Positions 1-14,156 of a stretch of DNA of 64,000 nt are shown piece after piece (within the stretch, counting starts at the first letter, position 1; each line of letters starts with the position of its first letter). The position numbers and the translations under genes were made by a program. Source of the stretch: Spizellomyces punctatus DAOM BR117 (taxonomy: Eukaryota). The stretch lies in the NCBI GenBank assembly GCA_000182565.2, contig KQ257459.1. One strand, given 5' to 3'. A model generated the notes under the pieces. The model saw nothing but the letters and a program-made list of their open reading frames with translations. It was not told where the DNA came from and did not search any database.

Positions 1-33
1 TACTTGCAGCACTACTTAACCCAAGCACTGTAG

Positions 34-3000
34 CGACTGTCAGTCGATGTGGTATGATATACATGGAACCAAGTCGCCTAGGCTGGCGAGACACAATATT
101 TGTGTCCTGGTTAGCTCGAAGTCAGCTGGATGAAGGCCAGAAAAAGGTGATGGTAGCCATGATTGATTGGCTTGTGAGCTCATGCTTGTCCTTCGTGAGA
201 AGGGAATGCGTTGAGCTGTCTGAGACCAGTGATATCAACATGGTCACCTCACTTCTCAATATCTTTGAAAGCTTGCTGGACGACTTTGCACAAGACAAAT
301 CAGCTGAACTTACTACTCGATGCATTCAAGGAGCGTTCATCTTCTCGCTGGTTTGGTCTGTCGGCGCGAGCGTTAATGAAAACGGCAGAGCAAAGTTTTC
401 CCAGCACCTGCGTACACTCTGCAGCGGCGCTTTGCCCAACGGGTTTTCCTTTGATGCCCAATTCCCGGAAGGAGCCGTATATGACTTCGTTTTTGAAAAA
501 ACTGACGGGGGATCTTGGCGACCTTGGGTGGACACAATTCCTACTGACTGGGCTATTCCATCCAAGATGAAAGTGGACAACATCATGGTTCCAACGGTGG
601 ATACAGCGCGGTATGGATTTTTGCTTCAGCTCTTGGTCCGGCATCAGAAGCATGTTCTGTTTGTTGGACCGACAGGAACTGGAAAGTCGATGTACATACG
701 CGACGGTTTAGTCAATCGTCTGCCCAAAGATGTCTACATACCTGCTTTCATAAATTTTTCGGCTCAAACTACAGCGAATCAGACTCAGGAGATAATAGAG
801 TCAAAGCTTGATAAACGCCGCAAAGGAGTTTATGGACCACCTATGGGGAAAAGGTCGGTGATCTTTGTGGATGATCTAAACATGCCGGCCCGTGAAGTGT
901 ATGGAGCGCAGCCGCCGATTGAGTTGTTGAGACAATGGATGGACCATGAAGGTAAGCCTTCAATTCCATTCCCTCTCTTGAATCCGGCATTTATCAATGT
1001 ATTGGCAGGATGGTACAATCAAAATGTTATGACGGTAAGAAGCCCCGATTGTTAAAGCGCCCAGATGGTTTTACTTATGACCCTACCAGAAATTTGAGGC
1101 TATCCAATTTGTTGGTGCCATGGGACCTCCGGGTGGTAAGTGCGATTAAGCCCGGGTTTATTCCTTCGAGGCACCGGGGCTAACTTTCGCTCTCTTGCTT
1201 TCATCAAGGGGGCCGTAACCCTGTGACTTCCCGGGTGCGTTCTGCTTTCACGCTTCTCTTTGCTAGTATCTAGTCTGACAGCATGCACTTTCCAGTTTCT
1301 TCGACACTTCAACACAATTACTATGACCTCTTTCGATGATACGGCCTTGCACCGAATTTTTGAAACCATCTTGGTATGGCATTTGACGTCCAATAATTTC
1401 CCAAAGGAGATTATCGATATGTCGAAGTCAGTTGTCGATGCCACCCGACAGATTTACAGAGGGGCAATGTCAAATCTCCTGCCAACTCCTAAGAAATCTC
1501 ATTACACTTTCAATTTGCGCGACTTTTCCAGGGTTATACAGGGAGTTTTATTAGCTCGTCCGGAAACGGTCAGCAACAAAGAAAAGATGGTCCGACTGTG
1601 GCTACACGAAGCGTATCGTGTTTTTTATGATCGGTTGATTGATGATGATGATAGAAAATGGTTCTTCACCTTCAGCAAAACGGAAATTGTCAAAGCCGCC
1701 TTTAATCTCGAATTCGATAAAGTCTTCCGCATGTACGATTCAAATGCTGATGGAATTGTAGAAATCGATGATCTACGAAGTCTCATTTTTGGAACATACC
1801 TATCTCCTCGGGATGCAGCCGGCAGAGCTTATGATGAAATAACAGATCTCAATGCACTGACCGAATTTATGGAGAAAAGCTTGGGAGAATTTAATCAAGT
1901 TAGCAAGAAGCCCATGGATTTAGGTATCCTAATGCTTCAATCCCTGTTTTTCATATTTTTTGAATCTAACGCAGATTTTCTGGCAGTAATGTTTCGGTTT
2001 GCTATTGAGCACCTCTCCAGAATAAGTCGAGTTCTGCAACAACCACGCGGCAACATGCTGTTGGTGGGTGTTGGTGGGAGTGGTCGACAAAGCTTGACTA
2101 GGATGGCGGCATATCTTGCAGAATATGAGGTGTTTCAAGTGGAGATATCAAGAAATTATAACGCACAGGCGTGGCATGACGATCTAAAGAAGTTGTATAA
2201 GTCGGCAGGCGGTCTTGGCAAGCCTACTGTGTTCTTGTTCAGTGACACGCAATGTCAAGAAGAATCATTCCTAGAGGATATTAACAACATGCTGAATGCT
2301 GGTGAAGTACCAAATCTTTTTGCGGCCGATGAGAAGCAAGAGCTGTTTGAACTGATGAGATCGGATACTCGGAGCGCTGGACGTGCAGCGGATTCGTCAC
2401 CCGCAGCAATGTTCCAGTGGTTTTTGGACCGTTGCCGAGAAAACCTTCACATATGCCTGTGCATGAGTCCCGTCGGTGATGCGTTCCGCAACCGTTTACG
2501 CAAGTTCCCATCCCTGATTAATTGCTGTACAATCGACTGGTTTACCGACTGGCCAGATGACGCACTGATGGCAGTAGCAAAGAAATGCTTGTCGGATATC
2601 GAAATGGAGGACGACGTACGAAAAAATGTGGTAGCAATGTGCAAGCACTTTCACGAGAGCACCCGTGCGCAGTCAACTAGATTCTTGAGCATCAATAAGA
2701 GACATAATTATGTTACCGCCACCTCATTCATCATGCTTATCAAGACGTTTAAAGACCTGCTGGGGTTGAAACGCTCAGAGGTGCTTAAACTTCGAGATCG
2801 ATATGTGAATGGTTTAGAGAAGTTGAGTTTTGCAAAAGCCTCCGTCTCCAAAATGCAGGTGGATCTGGGTGAGCTACAACCGCAGCTCATCAAGACAAAG
2901 GAGGAAACAGATGTTATCATGCGTCAAATTGAGAAAGAATCGGTTGAAGTGGCACAGGTGAAGACGGTAGTTAAGGCGGATGAAGAGGTTGCCACTAAGA

Positions 3001-6000
3001 AAGCAAATGAAGCGACGGCCATAAAAGAGGATTGTGAAGCTCAATTAGCAGAGGCTATACCCGCTTTGGAAGCCGCCATAGCTGCTTTAGATACCTTGAA
3101 GAAGGTTTGCGTTTACATTTGATTTGTTTAGGCTTGACTATCATGCTGAAATGTTTCCAATTACTTTGTAGAGTGACATCGATATGCTCAAAACAATGAA
3201 GGTGAGTAGGTAATGGCTCACCTGGTCTCCATCAATGTTTCTCACTATTCGCATCGCTGCTTCCACAAATAGAGCCCTCCCTCAGGTGTAAAATTTGTCA
3301 TGGAGGCAGTATGTGTCATGAAGGATGTCAAACCTGTCAAAGTTACCGATCCTAGCGGAAAGAAGGAAGAGAGTTATTGGGTTTGTACCCTCCAGTTTGC
3401 GTCGCGGAATATGCCTTCTGTGGGAGGAACTTACTGATTGTGCTTCGCGACAGGTTCCGGCCCAAAAGCTGCTCGGAGATGCCGGATTTCTACCCAGCTT
3501 GAAATCCTATGATAAAGAGAACATTGACCCCAAAATAATGAAAGTTATTCGAGGAAAATTTATCGATGTAAGTTGGCAGGTATCTGAAAAGAAAGCCGGG
3601 GCTCGATCTGAAAAAGCAAATTACTTCCTCAGCATCCGGAGTTTGACCCTGAAAAGGTGGCCAAAGCGTCATCCGCCGCAGAAGGTCTTTGCCGCTGGGT
3701 GCGTGCAATGGAGTCATACGATCGAGTCGCTAAAATCGTAGCACCGAAGAGGGAAGCGCTCGGCAAAGCACAGGCGGAACTTGCCGAGGTGATGGCAAAA
3801 TTAAATGAAAAGAGAGCAGCGCTGAAGGCTGTCGAAGACAGAATGTCCAACCTTGAGGAAAAGTTCCGGGCCATGACGGATAAGAAAGATCAGCTGGAGA
3901 AGCAAGTTGAATCTGTATCAAACCAGTTGGTTCGAGCGGAAAAGCTGATCGGCTCTCTTGGAGATGAGCGAGACAGATGGACGCAGACTGCTGCCGACTT
4001 ACAAAAGCAGTATATTGCATTGACAGGAGATGTGTTAGTGGCAAGTGGCATGGTCGCATACTTGGGCGCTTTTACCAAGGCATTTAGAGATGGTAGGGTA
4101 CTATTTACTGTGATTCAATATCGCTTTTGTACTGATCTGACCCATTGCAGAATGTGTTGTCGAATGGACGAGAGCCTGCAAAGCTAAAAGGATACCCTGC
4201 TCAGAAACGGACGACATCAAACTCGCCAGCGTTCTTGGTGATCCTATTTTGATACGGGAATGGATATTAGCAGGACTTCCAAATGATGCATTCTCGTAAG
4301 TTGGCATCCTTCTGCCTGAACTCCCCTCGATACCACTTATAAACCTATCATAACCTCATGCATAGAATTGACAACGGTGTGATCATCAAGAACGCATACC
4401 GTTGGCCTTTAATGATTGATCCACAAGGACAAGCGAACAGGTGGATCAAGAACATGGAAAAGGCGAAGAACCTACAGGTCATCAAATTGACGGATGCGGA
4501 CTATATCCGTACTCTTGAGAATGCTATTCAATTCGGGACTCCGGTTCTCCTGGAGAATGTTTTAGAGGAAATCGATCCTGTCCTGGAGCCCTTGCTTTTG
4601 AAGCAGACATTCCGTCAAGGAGGAGTCACCTGCATACGACTAGGAGACAGCACCGTGGAATATTCCCCAGAGTTCCGATTTTATATAACCACCAAACTTC
4701 GAAATCCGCATTACCTACCTGAGCTTTCCACTAAAGTAACATTATTGAATTTCATGATAACCCCTGAGGGACTCGAAGACCAGCTTCTTGGAATTGTTAT
4801 AGCCAAAGAACGGCCTGAGTTGGAAGAAATGAAGGCACAACTTGTTATACAGGTATCGTATTACTGGGGACATTGAACGCCGCCAACGTGTTTGTCAAGT
4901 TATACGAAGATGCTGACTAACTTTGCTGCCGCCGTACAATAGAGTGCCGAGAACAAAAAGCAGTTGCAGGCGGCCGAATCCAAAATTCTTGAAGTGCTAT
5001 CCTCTTCTCAGGGCAACATTTTGGAAGATGAAACTGGTATTCAAATTCTTTCCTCCTCGAAAGCCCTGGCGGTAACTGTTAGCGAGAAGCAAGTTGCGGC
5101 AGAGGCAACAGAGCGTAAAATTGATGAAATTCGCGTTGGGTATAAACCAATAGCGCTCTACGCATCCGGCCTCTTCTTTTGCATTGCTGAGCTGGCGAAC
5201 ATTGAGCCAATGTACCAGTACAGTCTTACGTGGTTCATCAACTTATTCATCCACTCTATCGAATCAAGCGAGAAATCATCGGATTTAGTAACCCGCCTAG
5301 CGACCTTACGCACGCATTTCACAGAAGCTCTTTACAGAAACATATGCAGATCTCTGTTTGAAAAGGACAAGCTTGTGTTCTCGTTTCTCTTAACCATTGC
5401 TATTCTGCGGGGACGTGGGGAGATTGATGCGGACGAGTGGAGATTCCTTCTGACTGGCGGAATCGGTCTTACTGCAACGAAAACACCAAATCCGGATGCT
5501 TCATGGATTAGTGACAAATCCTGGAGTGAAATATGTCGACTATCTACATTGACGGCGTTCACAGATATTGATAAAGTGTTCAGCGAAAACGCAAGCGACT
5601 GGAAGCGCATATTCGATAGTCCCACCCCGCAGGACCTCTCCCTTCCTGGCAAGTGGAAGGATACGTTAAACCCTTTCCAAAAACTCTGCGTTCTTCGTAC
5701 TTTGCGTCCGGATAAGATGATTGCCGCCATATCTTTGTTTATCATCGAGAAAGTGGGAAATCGGTTTGTCGAACCTCCACCATTCGATCTAAGCAGTAGT
5801 TACGCTGACTCAAATCCATGCGCCCCACTGATATTCGTACTTTCGCCTGGGGCGGATCCCATGACGAGTCTGCTCAAATTTGCAGAAGAAAAGAGAATGG
5901 GGGGTAATCGCCTGAATTCTATTTCGCTTGGACAGGGACAAGGACCGATCGCCGCAAAAATGATCAGCGCAGGTGTGAACGAAGGCTCCTGGGTGGTTCT

Positions 6001-7914
6001 TCAAAACTGTCATCTTGCGATCAGTTGGATGTCTAGTCTTGAAAAGATCTGCGAAGAACTTTCGCCGGAGTCTACACATAGGGACTTCCGTTTGTGGTTG
6101 ACCTCATACCCTAGCGACAAATTCCCCGTAACATTACTTCAGAACGGAGTGAAGATGACGAATGAACCGCCCGCAGGCTTGCGCGCCAATCTGCAAAAGT
6201 CATATATGAGCGATCCACTGAATGATAAAACCTTCTATGAAGGATGTAAGCAGCAACAAGTTTTTGAGAAGATGCTGTTTGGCTTGTGCTTCTTCCACGC
6301 AATGGTACAAGAACGAAGGCAATTTGGACCAATAGGATGGAATATTCCGTATGAAGTGAGTATCGATTCTCCAAACGTCCTGGGTACTGTGATATTTTAC
6401 TGATAAAAAAACAGTTCAACGATACAGATCTCAGAATATCCGCGCGACAGTTACGAAATTTCCTCAGCGAATATGACGACATCCCGTACGATGCACTTGC
6501 GTACTTGACCGGTATGTTTAAGACTATATGATTCCTTGCAGCTTTCCACGCTCAATCCTATAACAGGGCAATGCAATTACGGTGGACGAGTGACCGATGA
6601 CAAGGACCGACGTTGCTTGATGACATTGCTCGATCTCGTGTATAACCCAGGCATCCAAAAGGACAATTACAGCTTTTCCCCCAGCGGGGTCTATCACGTT
6701 CCCTCGACAACAAGTCATGCCGGGATCCTAGACTATATCAAAAATCTCCCATTGGAGACCAGACCAGAAGTGTTCCACTTACATGAAAACGCCGACATTA
6801 CGAAAAGCCAAATGGACACGGAAAACTTCTTTCGCTCGATAATGCTAACCCAGGGACGAGCTGACTCTGGTGGCTCGCGTTCCACAGAACAAATAGTTTC
6901 TGAAGTCGCTGCCGATATGCTCAATAGATTACCACCGGCGGTGGATACTCAGCAAGTCTCCACCAAGTATCCCGTGAGCTACATGGAAAGTATGAACACG
7001 GTGCTACTCCAGGAAGTGATTCGATTCCGAAATCTGACGGAGGTCATACGTGAGAGCTTGATCAACATTCAAAAGGCCATTAAGGGTTTAGTGGTCATGT
7101 CCTCTGATCTGGAAGATGTGCTACAAAGCATCCTGGTTGGCAGCATACCTAAAATGTGGGCAGGAAAATCATATCCCTCCATCAAACCTCTGCCGTCCTA
7201 TTTTAACGATCTCCTGCAACGCCTTACGTTTTTCCGGAAATGGATTGACGAAGGACCGCCAATTGTCTTTTGGCTCAGTGGATTCTTTTTCACCCAAAGT
7301 TTTCTTACGGGATGCTTGCAAAACTATGCCCGGAAGTACACCATTCCCATCGACTTGTTGACGTTTGAGTTTCAAGTACAGCCTACCCGCAGTGCTGGGG
7401 TACGCCCGGAAGAAGGCGCTTACATCAATGGAATTTTCTTGGAGGGGGCCCGATGGGATATTGAAGAGAATTCAATTGTAGAGAGTTATCCAAGGGTTCT
7501 TTATGATGCATTGCCCATTATATGGTTGAAGCCAGGAGAGAAAACGAAATTTGAATCGAAAGATACTTATGACTGTCCGGTAGGTTGCCGGGGCAAAGTT
7601 ACCTTGCTGCTATACTCTTCTAACCTACAACGATAACTGCAGGTGTACAAAACTAGCGCGCGAAGAGGAACGTTGTCAACTACCGGGTAATATATACGCA
7701 AGTCAGTAAAAGATCATTGAATCATCCGCTGACAGAGACTTTACACAGGCATAGTACCAACTACGTAATGTCCATGCGGATACCAACGAAAGCGCCAGAA
7801 GAGCAATGGATAAGAAGAGGTAAGATTAGGTTTATAGACTCAGTGAACAATGTCACTTACTTACGAAACCAATGCATTGCAGGAGTGGCTGGCCTACTGC
7901 AACTTAACGACTGA
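34..7914 (+). CDS. Axonemal dynein heavy chain, single-headed inner-arm type (DNAH3/7/12-like), 5' part outside window, many introns
   Basis: [15 protein letters not shown]3 P-loop [33 protein letters not shown]4 GVGGSGRQS, coiled-coil stalk/MTBD, AAA5 [16 protein letters not shown]6 SLGQGQGP and QNCHLA, C-terminal [20 protein letters not shown]...GLLQLND*; ORFs separated by GT-AG introns. Confidence 0.97.
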
Positions 7915-8121
7915 TAAGAGAGCCTGAAGCAGACTAATTGTTGCCTATTCTTGTATTTACGATTTGAATAAATATGTCTCTAACCAGTCGAACTGCTGGT
8001 GGAAGCCAGCTGGAGTTTTGTACTCGAACAAAATCGCTGTCACAAAGACCTAGGAATACCGCGCACAAAACACGGCATGTATATACAGCTAAATGGGTGA
8101 AATTCATCTGGAGTCCCTAAG

Positions 8122-11100
8122 CTAGCTATCTGCTCCACCGTCGGTGCCTTCAGCCAACCGATGAGATTCTACTGACTCAGATATCCGAGCTTCGTCACTT
8201 TCCTGGTCTTTCTCTCTTTTCTGGGTGCGCTCCTTCTGTAAGCGTCTGACTAAGTCGGTATAATCCGACTTCATCTTTTCACGGTAAGGCACTCCTGATT
8301 GATGGCCAGGTGTTGTTAGCGTTTGGTGCTCAGATGACCTTAGCAAGGTAGAAGTGATACGTGCCTGCGTAAGTCACACTCTCGTGTAATTCATTCTTGA
8401 TGCTACTTGTCACGTCCGTGATGCGTGCCTCAATATAGTGCAAACGTCGCATCAGCTGTTCGCGTTCTGCTGCTTCTTTGAGACGTGCTTCCGAAGAACC
8501 CTCATATCCTTTGCGAAAGAATCGGCTGTCGGCATTGTATTAGATGCATCTCAAACGCGCGGCGCAGACTCCGTTCAGAAACTTACAGTGGATCCGAGGC
8601 TGTACGTTCAAAGGCTTCAATCTCATGTAAGACACTCTCTCGTGCAATAATGTGTTCGGAGGCGATCTTCCATAGCCGGATTGCCTAAGGAAGTGGTACA
8701 TGAATGAATACGGGCACATTCAGGTATTATCCGCATCAGAGTTAACTGTTCACCGTTTCTAATTTCGGGGCAAATCGATGGCCTCCGTACTTTATTGCCA
8801 TGTCCAGTTTCTGATCTGCCGGCATTTTAAGTGTTACCCAAAGAGCTTCTAATTCGTTTTGCATTCGGTGGATATCTACAGAGTCTGGTCTCCCGGCAGA
8901 GTGTTTTATATCCGCCGTCTTCGGGGTAGTGGGTGTTTTTGATCGTTCAGGTAAGCTTGCGGTGACCAGTTCTCTTGAAAACCTGTATGCAAGATATCAG
9001 AATGCTAGAAGATCATGGGGAAAGCAAGGGTAATCATACCCATCTTCTTTGTCATCCTTGACTATGGCATTATTCATTGGTGGAACGTCAACAGGCTCTT
9101 GGTCAGATGGCGCTGGCTGGCTGGTGAACGCCGCATTGTGAAGTTCTTCCATAAAGTCCAGAATCTTGGGGTTCCATTCACCCCTCGAGTATGACAGCAT
9201 CTGTCGGCGCTTTTCCGCCCTCTCCCTCCTCTCATTTTCAATTTTCTTTCGTTCTTCCTCGGCCCGAGCCGCTGCCTCTGCTTCCTCTTGTGCCCTCCGG
9301 AGCGCTTCCACGTTTTCATCCTCCTTATACAATAAATCGAATACGAAATCGGTAGTTTTCGTTCGAAGAAACTCGAGATAGTCTTGAAAACCGATGTCAC
9401 TGAAAGCTTGGCGACTACGTTTCTCAACATCAAACGGTATATAACCGCCGTAATTATATTGAAAGGCACCGTCATATCGTGAGGAAATCGTTTTACGCAT
9501 TGCTGCCTCACGATTTCGGATGTATTCGTCAGCTGGGATGGATGGACGTTTTGCATCTTCGCGCGTTCGTAACCGTACGGCCGGCACAGAAGCTCGACCG
9601 CCTGTTGAGGATGTGGTGGTTGGAGCGGCGGCAGCTGGCTTCGCATGAAAGAGCGGCCGGATGAGAGCTGGGTCGGTAAGTCCTTGCCACGCGTAATTTA
9701 CGGGGCCCTCAACATCGATTGGAGCTGCAGGACAGGCAAAACTATCCTCGGGGGCCACTAATTGTTGAATGTCAGCAAGCGCTAGCACTTACACGACAAA
9801 TTGAACACCTACGGTCATCTGGCTCCAAGTGTGATTGATCCAATGTTTTCATTATCTCGTCGTACAGTTCTTCGACTTCCTTGTATCTCGTCAGCTTTTC
9901 ATCTGACGTCCACATGAGTATCGTTTCTGCAGTCCAGCTAATGCTCGCAAAAGCACAAACCTATGCTGTTGAGCATGTTATTATTCACATCACTTCCAAA
10001 TTCGCTGACCGCAGCTGCTGGTTCGGTTGCCAGAGTGATGAAACCTTTCGGTATTCTCTCCGACACATGAGACTGGACCGGTCTCATTATTTTCTACAGG
10101 GCTGTGTTCTCAGAGTATGCACCTTTCGCCAACCAAATGACGCGGAAAGTACCTTTTCCTCTTCAAACATTTTGACGGCGGACGGTGCATTCTTTTCAGA
10201 CGGAGGCGATGGAGGTAAGGACTGCGTAGGAATTGGTTCAATTGATAATACGGCTCAATAGGCCCGGTTAACATCACATTCTTACCACGGTGTCGAACAT
10301 ACTGTAATCAAAATCAGTTAAATGTCGTTTGCGATACTTGCTTAATGGTAAGTATCGAGTCCTCGGAACAGAAATCTTGAGACAATTCTGTAAGTCCAAG
10401 GATTACAAATACGAAACGCAGCCGGTCCCACCTCTTCCTTGAGGTCCATCTGTCGGCGGAAAGTTGACAGACCCGTATGTCCTTGCAAGAGAGGGTTATC
10501 CCCTTCTGCCAAACACAACGCTGCGCAGTCTTGAGCATCATCCTCAGGGTAGCTCAGATCATCGAAAGATTCTTCATCATCATCTGCCCCTTCAACGGAG
10601 AGTTCCCATATTCTTCCTTTGTTTATATGAGTTGTGGAGGGAAACTCAACAATTTCTTCCGATAGAAGACTGGGTCGATGGCCATTAACAGGCACGAGAG
10701 TCTTTCGTCTCAATTCCAAATGTGCCGAGGATCGTCGTGATGAACGTCTCAGCAATTTTTGTATATCATTGGGCTCATTCGACGCAGCCGATATCGATGA
10801 TTGCCGCATGGAGCGACGAATTAGTTCCGTCTGGTGTTTGCCAGTAACAACTGGCGCCTCGAGCTTGGGAATAGCATGTGTAACTCTTTCTAACGCATCC
10901 TTCATCTAAAACCATCGTCTCGCAAGGTTATAGCGCGAAGCAACGTACAGCGTCGAAGAAAATTACCTCTTGGACTTCCACCTTCAAAGGGTCTCCAGGT
11001 CGGAGAAGGCTTGTATCGTGAAGTGTTTGACCACCTTCTGTATCAGCCAACGCTTCTTTCATTATTTTTTCAGTATCTATTCTAGATTTCAGTTCATCAG

Positions 11101-12200
11101 ACAAGTATTTCAGTCGTGATATCATGATGGTCCTGCTCACCGGCGGTTAAGCTCTGTTCTGAAGAATGCCCGTAGTCGCCCACTATTCACAGTCTGATCA
11201 AAGATGCTTGCATGCTCCATTTCTAAGAGAAAAACGTCAAGTAATATTCCCGAGCTAAGTACATTATGACGACTTACTCTCTTTTTTGCGCCGACAACTT
11301 CGCAGAACGTCATCTTTCACCATGCCTATATGACTTATAACGCTGATAGCAACAATGCGGTTCTGAGCCGGCGTCAGTTTTGAAGTAATGAAATCTTGTA
11401 CTTGATTATATCGTGCTGCCAATTCAATAATCAACGTATTTTCCTGGTACAAAGGGGTCATCAGCGAGCGATGCAGTTAGAGGCGTTACTCATCTATTTA
11501 CCAGGCTCTCTCGCGCATCTGGCGGAAGCCAGGTAACATTTTCCATTTCAGCGACCATTCGCTTTAGATGTGAGTTAATCGTTCCCATGCCTTCTGTCAC
11601 TCGTATGCTGCTTTCTGCACATGACAACGGCGTTAATACGGCGATTGGGTGTTCGACTAATTATCAAGAAGATACCAGCAGCTGTAGGCGGTGCTTGGCT
11701 AATTGGATTTTTGCCTAGCATATCTTTCTGCATGGATATCAGCTCAAAGCGCCTAAAACGACGAGATTGCAAATAGAGTTTACTTACATCTACTCTCGCG
11801 AGGGGCTTCAGAGCGAGCTGCTGATACCCTGACTGTCCTAACATCTTTCGGAACTTCTTCCTCATGACGCTTCTAGGAATTTCTGTGGTTGGGACATCCG
11901 TTACTGACAGAATCGACTGCCTCCCTCGTTGAAGCACACGCAGTTGCTTTCGAACAATATCTGTGTGCTCGGCTTTCTCCGCCGCCCTCCGAAAGCAGGC
12001 GGGAAGGTGCTGCAACTCGCATGGATCAAAAAGCGACAATATCCTGCCTTCTTGCAGGAGATGTGGGTTAGGTTGCACATCATGCATGGTTGGACCTTGT
12101 CAATGGCCGAAAAAGTAGAGCTCGGTGAGATCCAGGTTGAAGTCCGAGCATTGTTGGCTATCACGTAATCATGTCATATAACCATTTTGGGATATATTAC
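8122..12200 (-). CDS. Large coiled-coil protein, CCDC87-like (5' end approximate)
   Basis: Spliced C-terminal translation LEALWVTLKMPADQKLDMAIKYGG...AIRLWKIASEHIIARESVLHEIEAFERTASDP resembles the CCDC87 C-terminal region as recalled; charged coiled-coil exons at 8997-9788 and 10342-10905. Confidence 0.6.
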
Positions 12201-12577
12201 CACTTCGATCGTTTTCGTTTTGCGTGCATTGCTCTAGAGCCCGATAATGCACAAATCACTGATTGGATGTACGGAAGTTGGCTCGACAGCAAAAGAGCCT
12301 GCTGATATTGGTTTAAAACATCATCGACGCACGGAGAGAAGTAGAGATCTACAGAATATATTGGTTGTAACTACCGCCCGAAATACTAGCATTGGAAATC
12401 ACATCTTACAGAGAGCCAACTGGCTCTGACCATTTGGCGCTAATCCGCCGGCAAGGATGATATTTGGTTGGGATGTCACGTTTACAACAAGCGTCCCTTG
12501 CTAAAGGTACTTCACACTTACAGTTTTTGATGTGATTAGTCCACCATAAACCCACCCAAAACAGCGCCCTCGCCCAA

Positions 12578-13681
12578 TCATTTGTTCAAATACTTGTGAA
12601 GCGGCTTGACGCGGGCCCGCTTCGATAGACCCAATCGCAGTGGCAAGGCATTAATGCAGGGAATTGGGCTTTCCGCCGTTCTTGACGCATTATGTGGAGG
12701 TGGTACAGGGGACGTTATTGCACTTGTAGCCAATCTTGAATTCTCGGAGGGAGATTGCTCCTTATCAGTTGATACGGCCTTCATTCCAGTCGCATCGTGC
12801 TGATCTGTGGATATCGGCCGTTTCGTACGCTTCTCAGATTGTAGCTGTTTCTGACTCTGCGGATATGTATTAAGGTTGCTTGAAGGTGTCCTATTTGAAG
12901 ATGATTTTCTTTTGGATGCAGACTTGCTATCTCGCGTGCCAGTGAGACTGGGAGGCTCAGCCCCGTCTTCATCAGTTCCATGGTTTTGAAGATCGGCTTC
13001 GGCATAATCATCTGATCCAAACATGTTCTGGCGCAAGGTACTGTCTTCCCCATTGATAGTCGATTCTAACATTAAGGATCATGTCAACATGATGACAGCG
13101 CCGCCTTTCCAGCTTACTGTAGTAGGCTCACCAATTTGCTTAACACTATGATGTTCCTCCCGTTGAGACCCCGCGGTCATCAACTTGTTGGCGTGATCAG
13201 ATAATGGTTTCGGTGATTGCCGTCGCGGTTGTGAACGAGATGTAGGCAGTACAACTTGCACATTATCACTGCCGCAACGTTCGTCTTTCATGGACAGCTG
13301 AATAGCCTTTTGAAGGTCTGCTTGTTCCTTACGCTCCTGACCGGCAACGTTGCTTGAGTCTTACTTGTTCATATCACCACCGTAATTTCAGAAAAACAAA
13401 CCTTTACACTAAGGCGTTTATTTTCTGTCCGACATTGTTCTGATGAACTGGAGCGCTCTTCAGGGATAGCTGATGTTCGCTCTCAATGAATTTCTCAATA
13501 GCAGAGAACCGGAATGTTTAACTCTTGAAGGCGCACCAGAAGTTTTTTGCTTCTTTGTAGCATTGGTCGATGTCGAGTCTTGTTTTCGTCGTGATGGATG
13601 AGGATGTTCCCTCTCGTCGCCATCCAGCGATATGACCTCTGCATAGTTCACCGCCTTCCGGGTTCGCTGTGGGCGGCTCAT
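12578..13681 (-). CDS. Low-complexity basic protein with RAD51AP1-like termini (RAD51-interacting C-terminal motif)
   Basis: N-terminus MSRPQRTRKAVNYAE, C-terminus LPLRLGLSKRARVKPLHKYLNK*; disordered S/K/T-rich middle over several exons. Confidence 0.6.
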
Positions 13682-13839
13682 AAGTACCTTGTTTTTCGTT
13701 TGGAATGTCAGGTTCTTGGGAGGGATGACGACCCCAGACGAGCTAACCGCTGGGCTGACCGCGTTCTCCAAGCCACCTGCCTCATGGCAACCTGCCAGCG
13801 TTTCCAGAGGTTTGGGGCCATTAACATTCCGCAACAAAA

Positions 13840-14156
13840 ATGCCCACTTGCGATCACTTTTACAAGGCATTGCTGACTTGTCTCCTCAAATCTCCGTGCG
13901 TAGTAGAGCAGCGAAACACACCTCGCGAATGTTTGAATCCGAAATATGACGAAAACAGCGTATCTCCGGAATGTAGGCTAGCCCAGCGGGCGTATATCGA
14001 ATGCAAAACGTCAATAGTGAGTTTCAAGATGCTATTGGTGTGTCTGCTATCAGAAACGATGCATAATAAATATATCTTTAGATGAACCCACGGAAACGGT
14101 TCAGAGGACCATATGGCGGAAGACCACCAAAGGAAGAAGACGAAGAGGAGATTTAA
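13840..14156 (+). CDS. PET191: Cytochrome c oxidase assembly factor COA5/PET191 (twin CX9C)
   Basis: Exon 1 13840-14016 MPTC...CLLKSPCVV...RECL...SPECRLAQRAYIECK; intron 14017-14081; exon 2 MNPRKRFRG...EEEI*. Confidence 0.88.

Noticed and set aside
1924-1986. Possible U12-type intron (GTATCCTA donor) and apparent hydrophobic insertion in dynein
   Set aside because: Donor deviates from GTATCCTT and the branch (TCTAAC) is U2-like; it is a stop-free 63-nt intron read through by the ORF track
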